Positions 50,813 through 61,157 of a DNA stretch of 64,000 nucleotides are shown here, one piece after another. The position numbers and the translations under genes were made by a program. Location: assembly GCA_963842885.1 (NCBI GenBank), contig CAWJIE010000003.1:480001-544000 (forward strand), given 5' to 3'. The notes below the pieces were generated by a model. That model was not told the origin of the DNA. It was given only the letters and a program-made list of their open reading frames with translations, and ran no database searches. Source of the stretch: an uncultured Nitrososphaerota archaeon. GTDB lineage: Archaea; Thermoproteota; Nitrososphaeria; Conexivisphaerales; DTJL01. Each line of letters opens with the position of its first letter. Position 1 is the first letter of the stretch.

Positions 50813-51021
50813 CTACACTTCGACGGTGTCCCTGTCCTTGGGGTCCAGGGCCCTCTTCTAATCGGCTTGGTAGACTGTGTGCATGTCCTTGTAGGCCACC
50901 CTCTTCCCCTTGGTGTCCTCCACCAACGTCGCTCGGAGGGTCGTCTTCGGTCATTGCCACCCGGGGAGGAGGCGCACTCTCCTCCTCCCCAACACTCAAT
51001 GCCACCGTTAAGGCCCAGGAT
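50813..51021. repeat. Internally deleted gene A copy (50813-50925) followed by family C copy 2 (50938-51021)
   Basis: A 3' end joins at ggccctcttc directly to the KRVAYKDMHT region. Confidence 0.88.
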
Positions 51022-51066
51022 ACCCTGCACTCGTCCTTCAAGTCCCCCCGGGAAAAGTGGGGGAAA

Positions 51067-51765
51067 TCATGACTGCCGCGGCGGATGAGGCCTTCTGAGG
51101 ATCTCCAGTACCTCTTCGTCCGTCAGGTCATACCAGTTCCTGTAGGCATCGGCGACCGCGAAGGACGGCCCGCTCCTTGTGTTCAAGCACACTATCTCGT
51201 CCACCTCAGACGCAAGCAACTCAATGGCGGCCGAGGAGCCAGTCGGCGCAGCGATCACCAGCCGTTTGGGCATTTCCTTCCTCACGGACCTCGCCGCCGC
51301 CAGCATCGTGTAGCCCGAGGCCAGACCATCGTCGACTATGATGACCACCTTGCCTTTGAGTCGGGGGAGGGGTCGACCTCCCCTGAACTTTCTGAGCCTT
51401 TCTTGGATTGTATCCCTCGTCTTTGAAATGCATTCCTTCATCGTCCTCTCCGAAAGCCCCAGGCGTTCGACCAGAGGTAGGTTGAGGATGATGTCGCCGT
51501 CGAACGACATGGCGCCGAACCCCGATTCGGTAGTCCACGGCAACTGAATCTTCCTGACCACGATCACCTCCATCGGGATGTCGAGCTCCGTCGCCACGAC
51601 ATCTCCCACGGGAGCACCTCCAGCCGCGGCGGCCAGGACCAGAGCGTCGCCGCGCGCCGCGTATTGCCGCAGTTTCTTCGACAGAAGCACGCCGCCGTCC
51701 GTCCTGTCTTCGAACACGAACGTCCGTTCCCTGAGAGATATCTCTTCAGTTACCTTGGCGGTCAA
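51067..51765 (-). CDS. Phosphoribosyltransferase family protein
   Basis: FEDR.DGG, VIIVDDGLASGYTM. Confidence 0.9.
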   Translation of the reverse strand: MTAKVTEEISLRERTFVFEDRTDGGVLLSKKLRQYAARGDALVLAAAAGGAPVGDVVATELDIPMEVIVVRKIQLPWTTESGFGAMSFDGDIILNLPLVERLGLSERTMKECISKTRDTIQERLRKFRGGRPLPRLKGKVVIIVDDGLASGYTMLAAARSVRKEMPKRLVIAAPTGSSAAIELLASEVDEIVCLNTRSGPSFAVADAYRNWYDLTDEEVLEILRRPHPPRQS

Positions 51766-52020
51766 GGGCGGGCATGGCGATGATGGACGACGCCGGATAT
51801 ATCAGCAATTCCTCGTCCCAGGGAGGCGAGTCTCCAAGTTGGACTCGCAGAAGAAGAGATTCCGGTGAGGCTGAATCCTGAGACCGGCATGCGCCTGAGC
51901 GGCGCACCACTCCAATCACCGCATTGACGAAGGCATACACCTGTCATCCAGCAGACCCGTCTGTGCTACGATGAGCGACAGAACAGAAGGGATGCTCAGA
52001 GGTAACACGCTCCCTTTCCG

Positions 52021-52809
52021 TCAGTCATGTCGGAGAGCGAGTTGAACCCTCATCCTGAGGCCGTTCATCACCTCGTCGTTGTTCCTTAGGAGAAACAGGT
52101 CGGCCTCCAACGATGCGGCTTCGCGGTCTTCTGTCACTTCTAGAACTGTCTCGCCAAGCGATTCGAGAGCCGACTCTTTCCCGACCGGCATATCGCTTGA
52201 CAAGACGTTGGCAGGCAAGAGGATCTCTCCTGAGAGCAGGGCTCTCCTGACAATCTCAACTTGGTCGTGCGTCGTAATCCACGATTTCGACACTTCGCGG
52301 AAGAGCTCCTCCAGGAAGTCAAGGAACTCTCGTTCGACGACGAGGGTGAGCAACTCGTTGGGCTCTACGGCTCTCAGTAGCTGATAGTCGAGGCCATAGC
52401 GCATGAGATCATTGCGAATGCCGGTGAAGGCCGCGCTCAGTTTGGCGTCAGATGCCTCCTTGTACGTCGGGGCGGCCCCCTGGTCCTCCTTGATCCGCTC
52501 GCGATACTCGGTGAGGTCGCGTCGCCAGCTCTCAAGTTCGCGAACGTGGAGGATCAGTTCAGTGAGTATCCCTCTCCTGAAGGCCTGATACTCGTTCGAC
52601 TGCTTCGTCATCCAATAACGAGATCGCTTGCCCGGCTTGCCGCCGCCCTCCTTTCTCACTTGGCTCTGCCTTACGAGTGCCTGGAGGTGCTTGTTCACAT
52701 GCACAAACGTAACCTTCGACTTGAGTGCCCTGCTCAGTTGACCGAATGACTCCCCTTCAGGGTGCTTGGTGAGCTCCTCTAGGATCAGGCTGTCCACGTT
52801 CTTGCCCAA
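52021..52809 (-). CDS. Winged-helix domain protein
   Basis: N-terminal SFGQLSRAL..VNKHLQALV..Y pattern. Confidence 0.6.
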   Translation of the reverse strand: MGKNVDSLILEELTKHPEGESFGQLSRALKSKVTFVHVNKHLQALVRQSQVRKEGGGKPGKRSRYWMTKQSNEYQAFRRGILTELILHVRELESWRRDLTEYRERIKEDQGAAPTYKEASDAKLSAAFTGIRNDLMRYGLDYQLLRAVEPNELLTLVVEREFLDFLEELFREVSKSWITTHDQVEIVRRALLSGEILLPANVLSSDMPVGKESALESLGETVLEVTEDREAASLEADLFLLRNNDEVMNGLRMRVQLALRHD

Positions 52810-52895
52810 TACTAACTCGCGATACTAACCCAGATTGCTGTATTAATAGGCGTCTAGGCGACTTATTGGCATTTGCAACAAAGGCATCAGAGAAA

Positions 52896-53087
52896 TCATG
52901 GTCGGGGGTCCAGGGCCTTCCTCAGCTGCTTCGTGACCCAGTCGGAGTTCTCTCCGTTCTTCAACTCCCTGGCCGCCTCGTCCCTGGACAGCTTGTCGGC
53001 CCTCTTCTGCTCCGCCTCGTAGAGGGTGTGCATGTCCTTGTAGGCCACCCTCCTCCCCTTCGTGTCCTCCTCGACGACGGACGACAT
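52896..53087 (-). pseudogene. Near full-length gene A copy lacking the last residues
   Basis: MSSVVEEDTKGRRVAYKDMHTLYEAEQKRADKLSRDEAARELKNGENSDWVTKQLRKALDPRP*; homology with 42713-42810 extends ~100 bp upstream. Confidence 0.9.
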
Positions 53088-53497
53088 ACCAATTATGATG
53101 TTGCGAGCCTCCCTTGATGGCGCACCTTCCTTATTACTTGACAATCGGTCACCTAACGTATACAACGTCCCAACGCAGAAGACTTCAGACTTATATATTC
53201 AGGTCGCACACCATTTTGATGAAGGAAAAGTGCCGGCAAAAAAGAAAGCCGCCAAGAAGACCAAGAAGAAGTAAGTGGTTTCTGATCTGGTGCATGGCCA
53301 TTCCGGAAGGCTCGAGCTACGATGCTGAACTGAAGAGGATGTGCGTGGAGCCTACGTCAAAGGCGTACTCTACCTTCTTTCCTGACGATTGGTCAGCTGA
53401 CATAGCTGACGTCCCAGCATAGACGGTTCCGATTCCGCCCTTCATTGATGAGCCCAGCTTCGTAGCACATGCTTTTCAGTGAGCTCGTGCATATCCA

Positions 53498-54040
53498 GTG
53501 ATGATGACGAAACGATCCATCCTGGTACTCGACTGCACGCTGAAGGGTGAACCGAGCGAGGGGAAGCTGCTCAAGCAGTTCTTCTCCATCTGCCGCCTCT
53601 TCAAACCGGCCAAGGCGAAGGCCGTGTGCTATTCCGTGAGAAGCAAGTCGGAGCTCCTCAGCAAGCTCGATACCGGCAAGAGGTACGACATCATCCACAT
53701 TTCGGCCCATGGATTGAAGGAGGGGCCGCGCGATGCGACCATAGGCAACGGCAGCACCTGGGAGGTATCGGCGGAGGAGATAGATGGGCTGGACCACACG
53801 GCGAAGCTGGTGTTCCTCAACGCCTGCGTGAGCGACACCAAGAAGATGGCCGAAGCGTTCAACTCGGACTACTTCATCGCGCCCTCGACAGAAGTCAGAT
53901 GGGATGACGCCGCCATGTTCTCGCTCATGTTCTACAAGAGGTATGTCGTGGACGGCGTGAGCATGAAGAACGCGTTCCAGTTCGCGAGGTCCCATACGAA
54001 GACCGGCAAGGACTACAAGAGCTATTGGTACACGAAGTGA
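53498..54040 (+). CDS. Stand-alone CHAT (caspase-like) domain protein
   Basis: IIHISAHG and LVFLNAC His-Cys dyad motifs. Confidence 0.7.
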   Translation: MMMTKRSILVLDCTLKGEPSEGKLLKQFFSICRLFKPAKAKAVCYSVRSKSELLSKLDTGKRYDIIHISAHGLKEGPRDATIGNGSTWEVSAEEIDGLDHTAKLVFLNACVSDTKKMAEAFNSDYFIAPSTEVRWDDAAMFSLMFYKRYVVDGVSMKNAFQFARSHTKTGKDYKSYWYTK

Positions 54041-54239
54041 CTCCGAATCAGGCTTCGCGTTCATCTTGGTGGGTTTCGTGCGTCTAGTCCTGATGATGGC
54101 GTTGATCGGCTTCCTGCTCTGCCCGCCGTTCTGGCTCTACGGCATCTACGACATATATGCGTCCGCGAAAAGAATCAACGCCAGCACACTAAGACCTGAC
54201 TGACCATAACTCTAGGGAAGCAAGCTGGCGTCTCACCAT

Positions 54240-55832
54240 TCAAGCGGTGTCCGTCGGAGGATTTGGCTCGACCTTCTTCCTTATCTTGACCTTATCCATC
54301 TCCATCCCCTCCCAGACCGAGGTGTATCCCAAGGCGTCGAGTACTTCGTGCCCATCCTTCACTCCAGATGCCTCGATCATCTTCAGGGCATCGGTGAGCC
54401 TTTCGATCCCCTCCAGCTTCCAATCTATCTCGCCGAGCTTCGCTTTCGAGATGAAGCACTCGCCAACCCTCACGTATCCTTCGGGTTTGAAGCCCTGCAC
54501 GGCCATCCTTACGGACTCTACCGCAACGCCCCTCTCCCTTGCGATCTCGTCGAGGCTGATGACGTCTCCCTTCAGGGCGACGGCTTCTCCCTTCAGCCTC
54601 TCCGCCTGCTCCCCGACGATGGAGGCTTCCACCTCCTTCAGGTGCTCGATAATGGGCTTCAGAGGGACCTCCTTCTTGTAGTATATCACCAGCGCCTTGC
54701 CCTTCAGCCTCTCGAGCTTCGAGCAGGCCAGGCTTTCATCCGCTGCGATGATCATGTCTATCCCTGAAATCGAGTTGAGCTTGCTTATCTTCCTCTCCAG
54801 ATAGTCGGAGGTCCAGAAGCCAACCACCTCGAGGTACACCTTGGCACCATCCTTCTCGAAGCTGAAGTCTGGTATGAGCACGTGAGTGCCCGCTATCAGA
54901 GGCTCTGGCTCCCTTCTCAAGGCCCATCCAGAACCGTACGAGAGGAACGACTTGGCAAACCTCGCCTCAACGGTGCTGTCATAGAGGTTGGTCGGAGGTC
55001 CTTCGCCAAACGTTTCCCGTGAAGCATCGACGATCCCCTTCAGTTCATCGGCATCGGCCTCGAACGCGTATACCCTTCCTCCTCTGCTCCTCGTAAGGAT
55101 TTCAGCTTTGATGCGCCACGACTCCGACGCCACTATCTGAGGAAGGAGCTTCGCGATCGACGTGCCATAGCGCTCCGTCATCTTGAAGAGCGAAAGAGGA
55201 CCATCGAGAGAGACCCTGTAGCCTCCGTGGTCGCCATCTTCCCTCTCCACCGAGTATATCAAGCCCAGCCTCTTCACATCCCTGAAGATGTTCTTCCAAT
55301 TCCCAGAGGCGGAGAACTCCAACCTGAGCGACTTGAAGAGGAGCGTCTGCGTCAAGGAGAAGTTGTAACGCCTGAGAAGCACATCGGAGTCGAGAGGTTC
55401 GAAGGCCTTGAGCATCAGCTCCTCCTCTATGTCGCTGAAGAGGGTCCTCTCCAGATCCTGTTGAGGAACGCCCAACCTCCTTGAGGCCCTTTGGATTACA
55501 TCTTCCCTCTGTTCGGGGCTGGTCGCCCTCGCCTTGCTCGCCTCCTCGAAGACGGCCATCCTCGCCTCTCTCGGATTCAGCGCGCTTTGAGCCTCGAAGG
55601 TGCACCTCCTTTCAAGGAGGGCAGACAATCCTCTGACCAACTTGAAGTCGTGGCCCTCATCCTCCACCGCTCTCAACCTTTCGAGGAGCTCTCCCTTCCT
55701 CCTTCCCATCCCATCTCTGAATATGCCCGTGATCCTTTCAGCCAGCGCCAGGGTATCGACATCCAGGCTCACGTAGATGGGTCGTATCTTTCCCCTTGAG
55801 ACCTTCGCCCTCAACAGGTTCGACGGAAGCAT
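54240..55832 (-). CDS. bax1: Bax1 / DUF790 endonuclease
   Basis: MLPSNLL, DGP.SLF..TERYG, DS.VE..F, IPDF, EVVGFWT..YL..K. Confidence 0.9.
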   Translation of the reverse strand: MLPSNLLRAKVSRGKIRPIYVSLDVDTLALAERITGIFRDGMGRRKGELLERLRAVEDEGHDFKLVRGLSALLERRCTFEAQSALNPREARMAVFEEASKARATSPEQREDVIQRASRRLGVPQQDLERTLFSDIEEELMLKAFEPLDSDVLLRRYNFSLTQTLLFKSLRLEFSASGNWKNIFRDVKRLGLIYSVEREDGDHGGYRVSLDGPLSLFKMTERYGTSIAKLLPQIVASESWRIKAEILTRSRGGRVYAFEADADELKGIVDASRETFGEGPPTNLYDSTVEARFAKSFLSYGSGWALRREPEPLIAGTHVLIPDFSFEKDGAKVYLEVVGFWTSDYLERKISKLNSISGIDMIIAADESLACSKLERLKGKALVIYYKKEVPLKPIIEHLKEVEASIVGEQAERLKGEAVALKGDVISLDEIARERGVAVESVRMAVQGFKPEGYVRVGECFISKAKLGEIDWKLEGIERLTDALKMIEASGVKDGHEVLDALGYTSVWEGMEMDKVKIRKKVEPNPPTDTA

Positions 55833-55838
55833 CGCCAG

Positions 55839-57296
55839 CTACCTCCCTGCCGTCTTCCCGACCGCCCGATCCCCTTCTCCGTCATCATCGCCGTAGCCAC
55901 TCCCTCCCTGGGATCCGTCCCCAGCTCCTTCTGTGCCAGCTATCTCCCTCCCTCTCCTCCTCCTGCTGCTGGTCCCCGTCTCCGATGTCTCCCTCGATAC
56001 GAGCTCTATCAGCCTCGCCTGCCCCTTCCCCTCGCTCTTCCTCAACAGCCTCCCCAGGCGCTGGATGAACTCCGTCGAGCTCCCTGTCCCGCTCATTATT
56101 ACGCCAACCGAGGCCTCCGGCACGTCAATTCCTTCATCAAGCACCTTGGACGTGACGATCGCCCTGAACCTCCCCTCCCTGAAACCTTTCAATACCTCAT
56201 ACCTCTCCTCCTTGTCCGTCGTGTGAGTTATGAATGGCAGCAGGAACCTCCTCGATATCCTGTACACGAGCTCGTTGTGCTGGGTGAAGATCAGTATCCT
56301 TTCGTCCGGGTTTTCGCGCAGCACCTCCTCGAGCCTCTCCATCTTCGCCTGGGAGTTGAATGCGATGCTCACAGCCCTGTTCCTGGCGAGCAAAGCCCGC
56401 CTCGCCTGAGGGTCCCTCCCCGTCCTCATTATGAACCTCTGAAAGTCCAGTGGCGACCTGAGCCATATCCTGTTGCCCTCCAGGTAGTCGGCGAAGACCC
56501 TGTAGTTCCTTTCATATTCCTCCTTCTCCCCCTCCGTCAGTTCGACGTTCACCCTCTCGATGGCGTAATCGGAGAGGTACCTTCCCGCGAGGTCCTCCGG
56601 CTTGAGCCTGTACACGACGCCCCCGATCAGCCTTGGCAGTTCGAGGTGGAGGAGGTCCTCCCTCTCGTAGGTGGCCGTGAGGCCCATCCTGTACGGAGCC
56701 GTGAACATCTCTGCGATCTGCCTGAAGCTTTCGGCGGGCAAGTGATGCACCTCGTCGAAGATCAGGAGGCTGAACCTGTTGCCCAGCTCTCCGGCCCTGA
56801 TGTAGGCCGAGTCGTACGTGCATATCGTCACCGCCTTGACCGTGCTCTCGCCTCCTCCGTACGCTCCGACCTCGATGCCAAGTTGCCCCTCGACCCTTCC
56901 TCTCCACTGGCCGAGCAGGTCCAGGGTGGGGACGATCACGATTGCAGGCTTGTTAACGAGCTCCATGGCCTTCATCGCAATCACGGTCTTCCCGGCGCCC
57001 GTCGGCAGCACTATGGCCCCCCGCCTCCCCGCCTTGTCCCAGGAGTCGAGCGCCCTCTTCTGGTACCCCCTCAGGGTTACGCCTTTGCACCTGAGGTCGG
57101 GGCACGGAGGGAGGTCCTCGACGTCGTCCTCGATCGCTGACAGGTCGCTCTCCTTCAGGAACTCGACTATCTCCCTGTAGTACAGGGCCTGGGCCCTGAA
57201 CGCCCTGACCCTGTCGTCCCAGGTCGAGTGGGGGACCTTCGCCTCTCCCCTTATCAGGATGGTTCCCCTGTCGTAGGATAGATGGGTGGGCTGCAC
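55839..57296 (-). CDS. xpb: XPB (Rad25) DNA helicase
   Basis: LPTGAGKT, DEVHH, LTATYERED (RED motif), QRLGRLLR; start at GTG 57296. Confidence 0.92.
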   Translation of the reverse strand: MQPTHLSYDRGTILIRGEAKVPHSTWDDRVRAFRAQALYYREIVEFLKESDLSAIEDDVEDLPPCPDLRCKGVTLRGYQKRALDSWDKAGRRGAIVLPTGAGKTVIAMKAMELVNKPAIVIVPTLDLLGQWRGRVEGQLGIEVGAYGGGESTVKAVTICTYDSAYIRAGELGNRFSLLIFDEVHHLPAESFRQIAEMFTAPYRMGLTATYEREDLLHLELPRLIGGVVYRLKPEDLAGRYLSDYAIERVNVELTEGEKEEYERNYRVFADYLEGNRIWLRSPLDFQRFIMRTGRDPQARRALLARNRAVSIAFNSQAKMERLEEVLRENPDERILIFTQHNELVYRISRRFLLPFITHTTDKEERYEVLKGFREGRFRAIVTSKVLDEGIDVPEASVGVIMSGTGSSTEFIQRLGRLLRKSEGKGQARLIELVSRETSETGTSSRRRRGREIAGTEGAGDGSQGGSGYGDDDGEGDRAVGKTAGR

Positions 57297-57414
57297 TGCG
57301 CCCGATGTCGTCGGCTCAGGATTTAATTTTATCCGTAACACAGGAGCTTCAGGGAAACGCCGGCGGTGCGCCCCTTCGGCGGCTGATGTGCCCTCCCGCA
57401 CAAGGATGCTTCAA

Positions 57415-59079
57415 TCACGACATGTAGTCCAGCAGCGTGTGCTCCTTCCCCTTATCCACCGTTTCCTGGCTTCGAGGCCTTCCTTCGGCGCCCTTCATGT
57501 CCCTGATTATCTCTCCCATCCTCTTCTCCTTTCTGACGGTGCTGTAGAGGTAGGATTCGTCCACGGTGCCCTCCGCTACGAGTATCACCACCCTCCCCGG
57601 CATGGTCCTCCCCGTCCTCCCCTTCCTCTGAATGGACCTGACCTCCGAAGGGACCGGCTCGTAGAATACGACGAGGTCCACGTCCGGTATGTGAAGGCCC
57701 TCTTCGCCTATGCTGCTGCTGACGAGCACGTTGAACTCCCTTCCCTCCCTGAACTTCTCCAGCATTTCTGTCTGCAGCTTCTGGCTCATCCCCCTGTCCC
57801 TCTCGCTCTTCGTAGTCTGCCCGACGAACCTCAGCGCCTTGGCCTCCTTCAAAGGGGAAAGGACGGAGAGGATGGACTCTATCGTATCCCTGTACTGGGT
57901 GAAGACCATGATTTTGGAGCTCTCCTTCCTCTCCAGCTGCTCTCCGACTATCGACTTCACCTTCTCCAGCTTCGGGTGCTCGACCCTGAGCTTCTCGGCC
58001 TGCCCCTGCGCCCTCTGCCACCTCTCGTCGCGCAGCAGCGCCCTCGAAGATTTGTTCCTCCCCTCTCCCAGGCTTGAGAGGTAGCTCTTCAGGGTGCTCG
58101 CTCCCTGCGTCTCCATCAGCTCTATGGCATGGAGTATCATCACCGCCTGGGCCTGCGCCAGGAGAGCCCCGAAGAGCATCCCCGCGTAGTTGCTGTTCCT
58201 TTCCGCGCCCTTCAGCCTGGAGAGTATATCCGCCCTCGACTGCAGTAGCGCCTTCTTGGAGGGCTCCTGGCCGCGCTTCAGCTGGAGGAGGAACCCCATC
58301 CTCTTCAGCTTCGATACCTTTTCCGAGTAGATGTCCTTCAGCTGGGCGATGATGACCTTGAACTCTTCGGGGAGCCTCACCCTCACCCACTGCACCTTTG
58401 TCTCCTCCACGTACTCCCTCACGTCGCCGTCCTCCTCGGTCCTCGCCTCCACGTTTTCTATGTGCAGGTTCTGCACTATCTCCGAAATCCTCTCCTCCGA
58501 CCCGCCGGGGGAGGCGGTGAGGCCGAGGATCAGCGGATGGAGGGCCTCCTCCGTGTAGCGCCTCGCGAGCTCGGTGTACGAATAGTCCCTGACGCACCTG
58601 TGGGCCTCATCGAATATCACGAGGACAAAGTCTTTCATGCTGGCTCTGCCTCCCCTGACGTCGTTCAACATGGTTTCAGGGGTGGCGAAGGCAAACGTTA
58701 CGGTGGGATCGGACCAGACCTTCCGTCTTTCATCCGCATCGGTCTCTCCTGTGAGGAGGGAGAAACGCTCGGCAGGGAGGGAGGCGAAGAGCTTCCTGAA
58801 GGTATCGCGGTGCTGGACCGCCAGGGGCTTCGTCGGAGCGAGGAAGACTATCCTCCCGGTGGACGGCCCCGCGCTGACGGCGTGGGCATCGACGAACTCC
58901 CGCAGCCTCGAATCGCATACGAGGGCTGCAACCATGGTCTTCCCCAAGCCCGTCGGCAACACGACCAGCGTGTTGGACCTTGAAGCGGATGCGGCGATGT
59001 TGACTTGGTAATCCCTGGGCTCCATGGGGCCCGTCAGAAAGGAAGGGGCGGCAGCGCTCAACTCGCTCGACGCTTGCAA
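57415..59079 (-). CDS. hef: Hef/FANCM-like helicase without ERCC4 nuclease domain
   Basis: RDYQ, LPTGLGKT, DEAHR, TASPG, QRKGRTGR; C-terminal PIP-like EHTLLDYM. Confidence 0.88.
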   Translation of the reverse strand: MQASSELSAAAPSFLTGPMEPRDYQVNIAASASRSNTLVVLPTGLGKTMVAALVCDSRLREFVDAHAVSAGPSTGRIVFLAPTKPLAVQHRDTFRKLFASLPAERFSLLTGETDADERRKVWSDPTVTFAFATPETMLNDVRGGRASMKDFVLVIFDEAHRCVRDYSYTELARRYTEEALHPLILGLTASPGGSEERISEIVQNLHIENVEARTEEDGDVREYVEETKVQWVRVRLPEEFKVIIAQLKDIYSEKVSKLKRMGFLLQLKRGQEPSKKALLQSRADILSRLKGAERNSNYAGMLFGALLAQAQAVMILHAIELMETQGASTLKSYLSSLGEGRNKSSRALLRDERWQRAQGQAEKLRVEHPKLEKVKSIVGEQLERKESSKIMVFTQYRDTIESILSVLSPLKEAKALRFVGQTTKSERDRGMSQKLQTEMLEKFREGREFNVLVSSSIGEEGLHIPDVDLVVFYEPVPSEVRSIQRKGRTGRTMPGRVVILVAEGTVDESYLYSTVRKEKRMGEIIRDMKGAEGRPRSQETVDKGKEHTLLDYMS

Positions 59080-59447
59080 TACGTAGAGAAGCCCCTATTT
59101 TATCTTGGTGTGTGACTGGTCGTCCGGTTCGCGGCTAGACTTCGGCTTCGAGTTGAAAGACGTCCAGCATTCTCCGACTCGGCCGGGCCGGAAGGGGTCC
59201 AGACCTATTATGGGTTCGAATACGCTTACTTCCTCTGCTTTGTAACCTAACCCTGCGCGGTCGGCGGGACTAACACCTGCGGGTCAAATCCCCGTATGGC
59301 TGGAGACGATTATTGCAGGTGAGTTGGGTAGGTGCCGCGTGTCTGTATTAAGGACCACGGAGTCGGTTCCTACCAATCCCCCACATCATAATTAGGCCGG
59401 CGGAGGTCTCCGGCAGGCTTAACTATACAATCCGGGATAACCAATTC

Positions 59448-59627
59448 ATGGTAAGGGTGGAGGTCTACGAGGGTCCGAAGAAGATCAGTGAGATCGGCCT
59501 ACCTGAGAAGAAGTTCGCGACCGGCTCGATTGGTTACTGGGCGAGCGAAAAGCTGGAGATGAATGGTAAACGATACCAGTGCCAATTCCAAATGGTCGAA
59601 ATTGGTAGCAAGCAGAAAAAGGAATAG
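59448..59627 (+). CDS. 59-aa small beta-rich protein
   Basis: MVRVEVYEGPKKISEIGLPEKKFATGSIGYWASEKLEMNGKRYQCQFQMVEIGSKQKKE; cttaacta TATA-like ~25 nt upstream. Confidence 0.7.
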   Translation: MVRVEVYEGPKKISEIGLPEKKFATGSIGYWASEKLEMNGKRYQCQFQMVEIGSKQKKE

Positions 59628-59862
59628 ATCAGACCCTAACGCAAGCAGATAGAGCCAAGGTCAGCAGAGCCGAAGTGATAGCGGTTTGCTAACTGGATCG
59701 TTCTCTCAGGCCGGGATAGGGACACAGGATGATATGTTCAAACAGGACTCCGATGACGCTGAAGTCTGTCGCGAAGTCTTATGACTCGCTTTCGTGTCCA
59801 CCCTGCAGATGCAGATTTCGACATAGTCTTGGACGAAGCTTGTCGGCGCCTTGATTATTGTC

Positions 59863-59950
59863 CTAGACTTCGATGGTGTCCTTGTCCTTGGGGTCCAGGG
59901 CCTTCTTCAGCTGCTTCGTGACCCAGTCGGAGTTCTCTCCGTTCTTCAGC
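59863..59950 (-). repeat. Module gene A 3' fragment
   Basis: LKNGENSDWVTKQLKKALDPKDKDTIEV*. Confidence 0.93.
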
Positions 59951-60249
59951 ATCACCCCGGCGGCTTGTAGCCGCCTTCGGTCGTGTTATGGTCGGTCGCA
60001 GCCCTCCTGAAAGAGCTCGAAGGCCTCACCGTTCAGATAGAGATAATGCCTAATCCCAAGCGGGCCATCTGGATTGAAACCACAAGATCTATCGTCGACC
60101 GGCGATCTTGGCAGCTTCCGTCATGCACAGAGTGTACTCCTTTCTCGCTCCCGCTTTGAAGAAGACGGTGTCCAACGTGGCTTCTCCTTCCTTCGGGAGA
60201 GAAGCTTTGAGATTCTTCAGAAGCGGACGGCTACGGTTAATAGGTTGGA

Positions 60250-60660
60250 ATGACGAACCTTCATTGGTTCGGAATGACCGCATACGCTTACGTTTTCGGA
60301 CACGACGAAAAAGGAGTGGAGGGAGACCCGGAAGCGTCTCTCATCGGTCTAGCAGACGAAGCGAGAGGGGGAATGGGGGTTTGGAGACATACCCAGAGAG
60401 CGGGTGACCCTGACGGAGGTTTCAAGTTCATTGTCGCCTACAACAAGGAGCTGCGGGGCGAGTTCCAAGTTGTGAAGAAGACTGGACCACACGACGATAC
60501 GTACCCATGGCACTACCATGTCCGTCCTGGAAGCGTCTGTCTTTACGGACTTAGGCGACCATATACCGACCTGGTGAACCAGTTGCACTTCGCTCAAGGC
60601 GTCGAAAAGGAAGCGTATGACAACTTCATAAGAAGAGTGAACAAGGAGCCGCTGTATTAG
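60250..60660 (+). CDS. Hypothetical protein, lower GC
   Basis: 136-aa ORF between two gene A fragments. Confidence 0.55.
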   Translation: MTNLHWFGMTAYAYVFGHDEKGVEGDPEASLIGLADEARGGMGVWRHTQRAGDPDGGFKFIVAYNKELRGEFQVVKKTGPHDDTYPWHYHVRPGSVCLYGLRRPYTDLVNQLHFAQGVEKEAYDNFIRRVNKEPLY

Positions 60661-60723
60661 TCATTTAAGTGGGAAGCATAGTGAAGTAGCTACCAAACAG
60701 TCCCTAGGGCCACGTTGGCCGTC

Positions 60724-60774
60724 CTAGACTTCGACTGTGTCCCTGTCCTTGGGGTCTGGGGCCTTCTTCGGCTG
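60724..60774 (-). repeat. Module gene A 3' fragment
   Basis: ctagacttcgactgtgtccctgtccttggggtctggggccttcttcggctg. Confidence 0.9.
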
Positions 60775-61157
60775 GCCCCAAATCGGGAGATGGGGGGTTT
60801 CAGTGCCTAGCCTGGAGGATGCGCCGGCGCCTGCCAGGTCTGGTATGCGAGCCTCGGCGTCCCATCGGCCCTTATGAGGCCGACCTGATCGGTGTCTGAA
60901 AGGTCATGAAGCCACGCCCAACACAGCAGGCGCAGGTTCACCCCCTGTCCCGTGGTCAGACGCCCTGCGACCTAGGTCAGGAACTGCGCCTGACCCTCCT
61001 CGCCGCCGAAGTAGTCGCTCGCCGGCCAGCCCAGCTCGCTAACCCCTCGCTGCCGCTACTTTGGTTGAGTAGTACTGTGCATCTGTCCAGCGGTCAACCA
61101 AGGCTTAATGACTCAGTCTCCTCTCAGACCTTTCAGGACGAAAAAAAACAGGTCCCA

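Noticed and set aside
57452-58597. Long overlapping and antisense ORFs (also 2498-3430, 27407-28432, 56223-57140)
   Set aside because: Typical GC-rich shadow frames of well-supported genes.
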